64,000 nt of DNA, from positions 318,472 to 382,471 of the forward strand of contig RHPI01003330.1 of NCBI GenBank assembly GCA_009103225.1, written 5' to 3'. Shown one piece after another: positions 51,331-62,923 of this stretch. The stretch is from Chlorokybus atmophyticus (lineage: Eukaryota > Plantae > Mesostigma and Chlorokybus algae). Position 1 is the first letter of the stretch. Every line of letters starts with the position of its first letter. A program made the translations under genes and the position numbers. The notes beneath the pieces are model-generated. The model was given only the letters and a program-made list of their open reading frames with translations, did not search any database and was not told where the DNA came from.

Positions 51331-54300
51331 ATGTGGCAGTTGTCGGAATTGAATGCTACAGGGAAAGGTCGGTTGATTTTGTCGCTGTGCATGCCACAGC
51401 TACGCAGTCTGCACTGGATGGCTTCAGGTCACGTGCACGCATATGCTTGGGCTTGCTTGATGGGTTGCTTGCATTGATGTTGTCTTTCTCGCGCAGTCGT
51501 CAATTCCTGGACGTTGTACGCTGGCCAGTCCGCTGTCATTGGCAGAAAAGGTAAGCGCAGCTTGCTGCCACATAATGGAATGGGGTTGAAGCATGCTTAG
51601 ATCGCGTGCTTTGCATGCTTTGCAAAGACGAGGACTGCCTGAGCGCCGCACTGGTTTGTAATGTCGTTGGATGTGAAAAGCTCCACGTGCACAGCATCCA
51701 CTACAGCAGCAGTAGCATGCACGATTGTAACACCACGTGTTGATACCTGGCATGTGCTGTTAGCAATGCAGTCTCCTTATGTTGTTTCCATGCGGTCACG
51801 CTGGTGGTCCTAAGTGCATTGCATCTGGAGTATTCAGTTTCGTTGTGTCTCTGACTATGCATACGGCATGGCAAGTGGCCTGCCATGGTGCTAATCACCA
51901 TCTGAACGGTTGGCTGTACTATGTGTGCTATGAGTTCTGCAGACGCTGCTATCGACATATCACATCTGGACAAGTCTATATCTAGGAGGCATGCACAGCT
52001 GTCAGTCGCGCATCCTCAACCAGCACAAGTGTACAATCCGGAAGCAGTTGCCGCTTGCAAAATAAAGGATTTGTCAAAATTTGGCACCAATGTTTATCGG
52101 GATCCGGATAGAACTCTGCTGTCACAGCCTGGAGGAGAAACAGAACTCCAAGATGGCGACATTATTGTATTCGGGGCCTCTGCAACAGAATTTCGGTCAG
52201 TCACTGCGTTGTTGTCTGTAGTAAGTGTACAAGCTCTCACCATTTGCATGCAGTGGCATGTTGCGTTAACATTATGTGTGCAGGGTTCAATACCTACCTT
52301 TGGTCGCATGTGCGAGGTTGTTGGATGCTGTGACACAGGACCGCGTTACGCGCAAAGCAGCTGAAATAGGTTTGGTCTATACCACTACATGCACGGCTGG
52401 TTGTCGCGTCTCAAGTGCCCTTGGCTGATCAAGGCAGTTCTCTTGCAGGCGGGCACATACTACGCGCATGGGGTCCAGTTTGTACCCATATCATTGCGGA
52501 TTCATCATTGACAACTGTGCCTGCCTCAATGGACGCCATACGTGCAGTAGCTTCTGACACACCTTTCATCACCAGCAGATTTCTGGATGTACGCCTTGCA
52601 TCAGTCTCTGCTCTTTTTGAAATGACATGTCATCATACCAATGTTGATGCAGGCCATTACAAGCCGGCCATCTTTCAGCTTGCCACCACCAGATCCTTCC
52701 CGGTAACTTTGCACGCCTTTGTCTTGGCGGATTGCATGTTCTGGACCAATAAATGGAGCCCTGCTGCAGGTTTGCACCACCGTTGAGGTTCCTCATTGGC
52801 CCAGATAATGAAGTGGTGGAGATGGATCATACAAAAGAGCGAAGGAAATTGTTTCAAGGCCTGACGTTTCTGTTTGGCACTGCACATCTGGTAAGCAGTG
52901 GCGTTGGACAGCCCACTTCTCAGTACTAAATTGCTTCTTGCCTAGACAGTAAGCGCACGACTGTAACAGCTGGGTGCAGACTTGTGTAATCAAGCAGCTT
53001 GTGTTTGCAGTACCCTGAAAACTTGACGGATGCCGTGATACGCGCTGGTGGGCAAGTGGATTCCCTTGCTGAGCGGCGAAAGGTGCGATCATGTCTGTTA
53101 GAGTCCCATCAATAGCCTTGCACACGAGATACTGTAAGCAATCCGAGTATCTCTCTTCTGTGCTACAGGGCTTTGTGGAGACTCAGACTTCTCTGCGCAA
53201 GTTGGTTTTTGTTGACTCTGGTGAGGACGACCGCATGCTTACCACCCCTGCTGCTGCCTTTGCGCGACAAATACGCTGGACAAATTATGTCAGGATTGGG
53301 CGAACAATACTGACAGCCAACATTGCCTTCCTAGAGATGCCCCAGCGTAAGCCCTGCAGCTGGCATCATATTATCCCGTATCAATGTCATGCGACTTGGT
53401 GGTTGTGCTGACACGTGTTTGGTTCCTTCTCATCTCATGAACCATGTGGCAGGTGCTATTGCTGGCCAGGCAGGGCATCAAGTTCAAACTTTGGCACAAA
53501 GTCCAACCAAACCAAGAAGGTCCAGGATTGATTCCGATAGTGATGACGATACTCAAGAAGAAGCCGATGTTTCCCCAAGGCTTTCCCCTGCAAATTTCCT
53601 GCTACCAACTGGCAGTGTGCGTTCTCAGGTGTAACTGCCTGCCATGGTCCTGAGAACAGTCAGGGTATTGCGACTAGCTCATGGATGAGCAAAGCAGCTG
53701 CTGGGTTTTATCAATACCTGGCCACTCAACGCAATGACTTGTTGTGTGCAGGAGCTAGGACAGACTGTGCAGAAACTCGGCCCCCTTATGTTTTCAACTA
53801 CTGATGGGCAAGTTGTGAGCAGAAAGAGGTCTGTCACTTGTTTCCCATGGCAGGTCGTTATGGCAGTCATTGCTGTCAAGTTTGTTAAGTACTAACATGC
53901 GCAGGCCATCTGAAGACATGGGTGCAGCCACTCCGTCATCTCTAGTTACCCCGATAATTGTCTCAGACTTGCGGGACAGTGAGTTGCCATCTGGTGAACA
54001 TTTTGCCTGCGATGGAGAGGCTGAGCTGCTGGTGTTACGCCCGCTCGGTGGCACCCCGCTGAGCGGATGCAGCCCGACCAGTGCAGTTGCTCCATCACGG
54101 TTTTCGGACGCGCGGGAGACAAAAATACCAAGGATAGAGGAACCTGAGCGTGATGTCGTCATTGAACCTTTGGTGGTGCGCCAAGCAGATGATGATGTCC
54201 CAATCACATCTCAGGGCACTGGTGGCACAAACTTCAAGGTTTTCAGAAAGGTACATGCCACAGTAGCAGTTGCTTGCACTGAGTTGCCCGTTGCTGCACG

Positions 54301-55047
54301 TACAGATGTCTGTTGCATAACATTGCATTGACAACAAATAAGCATGCATGGTCATTGGATGTTGTTTGGGATGCGTGCCAGTGCGCTACTACTGACATGA
54401 CTTGCTCTGTTGGTGCTTCTGGCTAGAAGACATGAGTTCTATGGTTTGACAGCGCAATTTGTCCAGGTTCAGCATCTGGCGGGCAACAGTGTGTCGTCGC
54501 TGGTGCCGTTCGCCAATGAGAATTACAGGTTAGTCAGCGTGCACTTTTTGATGAGTATATGCAGGGCACATACGCCGATGTGTTACCAAACTGCGCCTGA
54601 CCTGTTGAGAATGATTGCACTTGCATATGGTATCTTGGGACGGTCCCAGTTGTGATTTGGGAGTGCTAGACGACAGTAGGGTGCCTTATCTTGTTGAGGA
54701 AACATCAACGGATGTTGCACACTCCCTGTCAACCTGAGGTCTTCTCATCTGTCAACCGCTCTGGTGTGCAGAGACTCAACGCTGGAGGGTGAGTACGCGC
54801 AGCGTGCTCAGGAAGTTCGACAGGAGCGGTCCGACCAAGCAGCAGCAGATGCGCTGTTTCAAGCAGAGAAGGTTGTACACTTGCAATGGAGCATGCATGT
54901 TTGCAAGTGTACGCTGGGAAAGTGCGTCAAGTCTGTGCTGTCAATGTCCTTATGCTTGTGGTACTCCGTTTTGTTATGCAGTTGAAGCGTACCAAAGTGA
55001 CCGCCGCAGAGGCAGCTGCAAAGGCAGATCAGCACCGGAAGCATTAG
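51331..55047 (+). CDS. NBS1: Nibrin / NBS1 (MRN complex)
   Basis: MWQL start; FHA motifs IGRK..DKSISRRHA..IKDLSKFGT..LQDGDIIVFG; BRCT-like middle; C-terminal MRE11-binding NFKVFRK; ADALF-type motif near the end. Confidence 0.88.
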
Positions 55048-57163
55048 GTGGACGGAAGAAATAGGGTTTTGCCGGTGCATGTGGTTTGGGTTTTGCGGGG
55101 CTAGAGGGTTGACCTTGGCTTGCAGTTGACCACGAGTTTGTTGACCATGGCATGAGCATATTGCCAGTGGACCAAGCCGCTTGGCTTGCAAGTCTGGGTA
55201 GTTAGCGGTTGACAGCCTGAAAACACGCGCAGGTCAACTGGTCGCCACGCAGAACATTGCATGTCAGTAGTAGCAGCTTTGTGAATATGAAGGGCACTCT
55301 TGTCACATATCACCACAGATACTGTCATCATTGTTGGCTAGGTTGTTCAAATAGCTCGCCTCAGGCGGATTGGATTTGTGCAGAGATACACATTAGCAAT
55401 TTCATGGGAGTAAGGGAGAGACAGCGAGAAAATTATTTGTTAGGGTAGACAGGGCACACAACTACTGCGCGCATATCCTGTACATACTCTCCTTCTATTA
55501 CCATTCACATGCAGATTTTGGCTGTCAGTAATGAGAGAGGTGTCAGTGCTGCCACCATGCCTAAGCACACAAGAGGTTGGTGAGTAGAGTAGAAGTAGTG
55601 TTGGTAGCATAATCCGGTGGTGGATTATGCAAGATGTGATGTTGTGTGTCCTTGTGATGACACTAGGCATGCAGCATAAAAACCTTTGTACACATGCCAT
55701 AATGTTGTATGGCATTTCTTTATACATCACATACTTGCATCCGTTTTTGCTGGGCACATGGAAGTTGCATGCGGCCCTCTCTCCTCGCACAAATGCACAC
55801 ATGTGTGATGGAGTACTCCGTGCACACAATGTGCACTTATAATTTGCATTTCATGCGCACATTGCTAGCTATAATGAATGGGGTAGGCATGCATAGACCT
55901 TGAATGACTACCGGGGGAGCTAGTTAGGAGGAAGGGCATGATGTTCATCTTTGCATATATTTCAAATATACTTAGGCACAAGCGTAGTTTGTTAGCAACT
56001 TAGCATAGTATAGTACAAGCGAACATGGATTAGCATCAATAAATGAATATATCAATCTAATTGGATACATCAATGTAAACAAGTTCACATGTTCATGTTG
56101 CACAATGGGTGGCAAAGCAAGGGCTGTGTAGCTGAGGGTTTCGTGTTAGCTATAAAAGGCGAGTTACTGTTGGGTGGCAACCACATTGTGCAGCTGTGTG
56201 CTGCGCCTCACATCAGCAAACAACAGAGTATCGCAGTATAGCATTATAGCAGAGCAAAGAATTAGCAAAGTTCACTGCCAATGCAGCTTCTTACCTACAC
56301 AAGTGCCATTTTGAGCAAGTTGCCATGGTTATCAAAGGCTCAGCAGCTAATCCCAGAGGGAACATGTAACGTTAGGATTTTGCACACAACACAACTGCCT
56401 TGTAGAGTAGCATCCAATGCAAGCGGATATGATAACTATATTGATTGACGCGGTCTTTTGGCTTATCGACTCGCATATGGCTTTTGCTTACTCTCGCAAG
56501 GCCTTAAAGTATGCCCACTGCATGCACATCATTTTTGTACGAGATGACATTATAACTTTGCACATATACACAAGTTGAAATTAAATTAATCACACGGTCT
56601 TGTACAGGTAACTCACTCGTAGGTTACGCATACACGATAATTTAGATATCATATAAACTTATAATCATAAGAAGGTGAATTCCGCATTAGGAAAATGCAC
56701 GGATACTGTAATTTAAGTCTAGGGTGTTGTCATGTACAAACAATAAACCGCGTGTTAGCTAAAACAGTAAATGTAGAATAGGGTTTTGTCTTGCAGCATT
56801 ACAATCCTTTCCTTTATGGTTTTCGAAAGGCGTACATTTAGCGTCATGTTTGCCAGTTATTTATAGTTATCACCATAACTCGCATTGAATGTTCATGTAG
56901 GCGATGAATAACATGAATTGTGCATATTACATAGTCACGATGTATATTGTAGCGCAAGGTTGTCGTGCACGGCCTGTGCGCCGCCCGCACCACCGGCTGC
57001 GGCGGCTATCTATGGCTGAGAGGGCGACCGTTGGTTGCATGCATTATTATGTGAAGGCCGAGAATGGCTTTTACAGTGTTTGGCAAAGTAGCATAATGCA
57101 CAAAGTTGACTCCCAAATACGCCAGCAGAAAGAGCTATCATAAGAGGGAGGGGGCGTAAATGC

Positions 57164-57282
<119 letters not shown>

Positions 57283-59280
57283 GCCTCTTTTTTGAAGGGA
57301 TTACAAGCCCCTACCAGAAACGCCCCGCTATTACAAGTAATAACGAAGCATCTGTATCAGAGTAAATACCATAACCGTTATTATAACCATCGTACTTGTG
57401 GAATGCTTTGATAAAATATATAACAACATACGCACAACTATTGATAAAAGTGACTTGCACTTCATCGTAATGTATAACAACTATTGTGCTACCAGCAATA
57501 TATGTACTTAGCACATGTATAAAGATGACAACACACGTATGCAGCACACCATGCATCCATGTACACATAGGGGACAACATCAGCACAAGTGACAGCATAA
57601 ACATTCAAATCAAGGTAGGTTACGCGATGTAACATATATGTGGCAAGGCTGCATAAATGCTATATCTTCTTAAACTGTGGTAGCGACTTTTGCTGCCGTG
57701 GCCCAATGTTTAAGCCGCCAATAACCATTGTGAGCACCAAAACAATCTGCATTGGCGAAAAGCTTACGGGCATTATACCTAACTTGAAGTTGCCGCTGTC
57801 GCTTTCCGGCTCTATGATTGTCGACGCTCGCTATCAGGCGCAAGCCGCCTACGCCTTGCTACCGGCATAGCCACATGAATCCCTTGCGAGTTGCTGCACC
57901 GCCCCTGGTACTGCCATTATGTTTCACACGCGGAGACGCAGCGCGTGCTGAGAAAGTCCTCATTTGGTGTGTCACGTGACTCAATCATCAACGGTTAAAA
58001 GGTATCCTCCGATGGATGGTTGCTATACTCCCGTACTCACATTGTTCAGCTACCTTGCGCCACCCACACACCCATGCCATGTCTTTTTATGATGAGATGG
58101 CACATTGCACATCACACGTTCCTTCAATGCTTATGTTTGCACGCTGATCTCTTGCACAACGATAATATCACTGATGACAGCATCTTGCCGTCCAGTCACT
58201 ATTGGATGTTGTCCAACAAAGCTGAGCAAAACTTACTTGGATTGCAATAATGGAAGCTGTCATGCCTATCGCCCGAACATGCCAGTCGTCATCGGGCATG
58301 CCTACAGCGAGACCCTCACCCGGCTTACCAGCATGGCAACCCGCGCGCGTCACTGACCAGTAGCTAGGTCAGGTCTCTAGAGTAGCTCATGACCATAGCC
58401 TACATAGGCACCGCGCGTAGCTGGTCAGTTGTGAGTTCAGTTATAAGTTGGGTTCTATATCGACTGGGGATTTCCTGTGGAACTAGCCTCGATATGACCG
58501 TTACCTTATGTTCTGGACAGTCATGAGTTGACTTGTATAAGTAGGCACAGTGTTCACCGGATCAGCTGGTGACACTGTAAGTGAGAAAGCTAAGAGCTTG
58601 TGAAGCGACTTGAACTACGAAACACGCCGTCCCGTTTCCTCAGAATCCCCTCACCGTGTGAGAGCCTGTGCATGTTCTTCAAGACACAAGTTGTGCACTG
58701 TGTTTGTCCTTGTTGTGAGCTTGGTGTACTTGGTCGCGGGGTGCTTGTGGGCATCGGTCAGGGCATAGCATCCACGTGTTGCTTGCTCATTCACCTCACT
58801 TAACAGTGTTATGTCTCTTCCACTCATGCAAAGAACTGTGTAAACAGCGCTACCTATAGTAGTGGCTTGTTGACTTTGTGTGCTACAGCACAGCATGTAC
58901 ACTAGGGAGAACACCGACTCCACCTGCCCGTACTACCCAGCAGCAGCAGAAAAAGCTGCACACAGCACTTGTCACCATGAGGGTTGGGGTCATCTTTTGT
59001 TTTTGCTGCGCGTTACAGGTGGCGCAGCAGCATGTCCAGCAAGCATGGCTGTCTATGCAGCTGTCCGAGACAGCGTGACCCTCGACTCCCCTCGACCCGA
59101 CAAAGCGCTAATGTAAAGCCAACTGCGTAAAAATGTTACCCCTGATGGCCGACTAAATATATAGGACGGCCGTGGGTCTGAGATACTCAGTCAGACTGTC
59201 GTTGTTTAGGCTGCCGGCGATCTCGATACAGGGGCCTGAGCATAATGACCGTTGCTATCAGTCGACGACCGTCTGCATAA

Positions 59281-60726
59281 AGGGACTAACTCTGACTGAC
59301 AGGTTTCTGTAAGGATACCCATCAGTTAAGCAAAAGGGACTTAACCTAACTGACAAGTAACTAAGCGGTACTTAATAATTAGGTACCGGCGATTGTGCAC
59401 TAATTGATTATAACTGACAGGTACCTCATGGTACCTGCTGTTACTGAAGGGTTACCTGAAGGGTTACTTTTGAAGGTACCTGTTGGGTACCTTTCAGTTA
59501 TGATGAGATACCTCACATGAATGTCGTCAACAATGATGAAATAATTATAAAAATATAATTTATATAGACTATATATTATTATATGATATATATTATAAAA
59601 TATTTCATAATATATAATACATGTGTTGCAAGCCATACTGGTACTATGCTACAACATGAACTACTGTGAGCGGCTACTACTGCTGCTGCTACTACTACTA
59701 CTACAACCCTAATCTAAGGCCTTATACTAAGCCGCCGCTCCTGCGCTCCACCTCCGCCGCCGCTCCTTGTTCACCGCCGCTCCTGCAAGCACAAGTCAAT
59801 CACCAGCGCCATCAACAGCAACATACACACTAATGCTCACAGTGTAACAAGTTACATACACATGCTGTTGCTTGCCATATACTGCCGCCGCCGCCTGGCC
59901 TGGCCTAGCCTAGCCTGGCCTGGCCTGGCCTAGCCTAGCCTGGCCTGGCCAGGCAGCCCTGAGATCAGAAGGGCGGTTAGGCTGCATGCGCTCTTGCGCA
60001 TAACACAACGTAACAGCACCAAGCAAACTTGCCGCCCCTGCCGCCGCCATCACCGCCGCCGCCGCCGCTGCACAACTCAACTGTTCAACTTGCTTAAAGC
60101 CGTTGAGCGTTTGAACCTTGCGCAACCTAAGTGATTCAAACGCGTTATCACAATGGCACCATCGTACCATAAAATGGTACGATGATGCTATTGTAATAAT
60201 GGGATTTTCGTACCATTTGTATGGTACGATAGTTGCATGTACCATCGTTCCGCATTGCTCGCCGGCAATAAAGAACAGGCGGTCATTTAATTGTCATAGT
60301 CGGTAGGTCGTCGCCGCATTAACAGACGACCGGTGGTCTGCCGTCACTTGTCGACAAGCGGGCAGGTCACGGAGTAGGGACTAACAATGACCGCTTGCCA
60401 TAGTAGGCAAGCCGCCGCGCATACGGTAAGATAGTAATGGTACAACCGGAGGCCGACCGTCGCAAAAATTGACCGAAAGGTGACTGTTTGCTATGCTAGA
60501 TAGGTCGCTATCGAGCAAAATAAACGACAGGCGATCGGCCGTCACTTGAAGATGCGGTGCCGTCACGTTCTAATCATCGCATGCAGGTTTCAATCGCGTG
60601 TAGCTATCCGCCGACCGCTGGCCGTCAATAAATGTTGTTGAGTAGCACCGGCCGTCATAAAAGTCCCTTCATGGATTCATCCGTTAGGTCAGGCAGAGTC
60701 AGGTACCCGTCAGCCCCTCAGTCCCT
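59281..60726. mobile_element. Cluster of putative non-autonomous DNA-transposon-like pieces (AGGGACT...AGTCCCT ends, nested palindromes, subterminal repeats)
   Basis: AGGGACT at 59281, 59335 and 60376; AGTCCCT at 60662 and 60720; five GCCGTCA copies; GGTACC and CGTACCAT hairpins. No clean target-site duplication found. Confidence 0.4.
59893..59950. repeat. (GCCTR)n pentamer microsatellite, about 11-12 units
   Basis: gcctggcctggcctagcctagcctgg... seen directly. Confidence 0.95.
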
Positions 60727-60779
60727 TGGACAATCACCGTGTAAAATTTGCGACGACCTCATCTTGCGTTTTGTGATCT

Positions 60780-61760
60780 AAATACGCATACGAAGGTGGT
60801 TGTAGCGTTGACCATGACGGTGCCCGTGGCTGCTTGCATGGCAGTTATTGTAGGTGCAGCAAGGACATGTGCCGTTTGCAGCGGAGGGCACGGATGCTGC
60901 TGTTGCAGCGATTGCCGCTGTCGCTGTTGTTTCCGCAGGGGCAGCAAGGTCAGTGGCGGCTGCTTCAGCCCAAGACGCAGGGTCTCCTCGGGCACGTCAT
61001 GTTTGGACTCGAGTGGGTGAAGCTCACTCCTTGCGCTTAGCTCCCATCCCAACCCAACATGCTATTGCTCGTGCTACGTATGTAGCACGAGCGATACTCA
61101 TCATTCCTGCCCTGCAGCATCGCGTGAAGCCCATCCGTGCTGTGAGAGCAGCAACCATTTCCGTGTTTTCTGCAGCAGGGGCCTTTTGTGCGGCATTGCC
61201 TGCCTTCGGTCCACCTTGGTGCTCCTGCTTATATTTCGGAGGGTTGTTCTTCCCGCGGTAGCCGTTGTTGGCTCCTTGCCCTTGTTGTCGTGGTTGGTGT
61301 TGTTGTTGTTGTACCCGCTGTTGCCGTCGTAGCTGCTTCAGAGTCTCAAGTTAGGGTGCTTGGCGTAGCGGACTGCCTTTAAGTGTCATAGTTTGTGCCA
61401 ATGGTCGCACACCAAGTTGCTGTACTCCTCTGTGCAGTCCTTCTGGTAATGGCCGTGTCGACCACACCAATGACAAACGACATGAGAAGGAAGTGCTGAC
61501 TTCGAAGGAGGTCTAAGCGTGCTTGGACAACGTACTTGCGGTCGCGGTGGCTGGATTCAGGAGTGGAGGCAAAGGTACGTGTGGTGGCAGAGTTCATGTT
61601 CAGCACTGCCCTCATCCACACTTGTAGGTTGTAGAATGCGGAGGATGTCTCAAAGGAAATGTGCGACAGCACGTATCCTTGGGGTCGGTTATTATTATTC
61701 AGTGCCATGTCCGGACATGGCCGCATAGTGGATGCACAGCGCGGTTTTGTGGAGGCTCCA
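60780..61760 (-). pseudogene. Decayed retroelement gag-like ORF with CCHC zinc knuckles
   Basis: Minus frame VVCHWCGRHGHYQKDC (CX2CX4HX4C at 61434-61475), then a second mutated knuckle CDHWHKL*HLKAVR, several in-frame stops and a Q/N/G-rich tail. Confidence 0.75.
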
Positions 61761-62923
61761 GGTGACTTACAAACAATGTAAGTACGACGTGGTGATCAGT
61801 CTATTCATAACTCTTATGCGTTTGTGCACTTTCAAGGCCGATTTTAAGCATGCATTAGTTGAGTTGCTAGTGGATATGCTCTAGGAGGGGTACTCACAGC
61901 GCCGTTTGCTCATACAGCTGCGTTCCAAGATGTTTGCCATGCGGGGTGTGTTGTACGGTTGGTCACCAACACACATGTATCATGACATTGTGACATTGTG
62001 AGGCAACTGCACAGTCAATTACATGGAGCGCAGTACTTGTGCCCGTTACACGGTGTCTACATTAACACCACCAATGATAATCACTTATGTCACTGAGGAC
62101 AATTTTTACAACTAATATGACTAACGCATGTACAAAGAATGCGGGGCGTGCTTGTGTGCCCTAACGTCCTTTCGCAGTCATGCTTAATGTGTAGGCGTTT
62201 TGCTTGAACTTTAAGACTGTGGCGGCTGCACTAAACAGTCGCCGGCATGACAATCGCCTCACTGTGGCATTGCTTGCTCAGGTGCGGACTCACAGTGTGG
62301 TGGTGGGCTGCGCGCGGCAAGCTCGCCGGACCATGGTGACGTTGTTTATAGATTGAGATGCTTAGGGGTTTGGGCCAACCCATGTGGCGGTCTTGTTTGT
62401 TTACTTACTATACTTGCTTGATTGCCAACTTGCAAGCACGCAAGGTATGTTCGCGCCTGCAGTATGATGTTATACCTCCATAGGGAGGGCTATTTCACCT
62501 ACCCTGGACTTCTTCATTCGCAATTCTTATTCCTCGCGCTTGGCTTGCCTCAATCTCAATTTCTTGATGTGATGACTTGTCAACCGGGCTCCTTGTACGC
62601 ATGCTATGCTCTTGCTTGCGCTACATGCCACACATCGCAGTTCCCTCAAAGCATGCGCTGGGTAGATGGCTGGTAGTGGGTTGTATGTTTCACCTCGTGC
62701 GGCTGCACAGTGGTGCGGCCACAGATATAATAGGCGCGGTGCTTGTTTGTGAAGGAACTCTCTTGTATGCCAATTGAATCCGTACCAATAACCACTGGCA
62801 TGATGGAGCCCTCTTGGGATCCCGGCACTCACTACAGCTCACCTAATGCTGGAAACGCCGTCATTCATTTCTGCCCCACACGATGTTAATGCACCTTAGC
62901 TGGTCCGCTTTGATTGTCACGTG

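Noticed and set aside
57311-57604. Minus ORF with a DTD (DxD-like) motif
   Set aside because: AT-rich low-complexity frame with no further glycosyltransferase features.
58860-58940. VESVFS resembling the hAT dimerisation motif ERVFS
   Set aside because: Too short, with no other family residues in frame.
59281-60726. CRISPR-like or prokaryotic REP interpretation of the repeats
   Set aside because: No constant repeat-spacer periodicity, no cas genes, and the context is eukaryotic.
61950-61975. TGGTGACC possible primer-binding site upstream of the gag relic
   Set aside because: Only about 8 nt of tRNA-like complementarity and no adjacent LTR identified.
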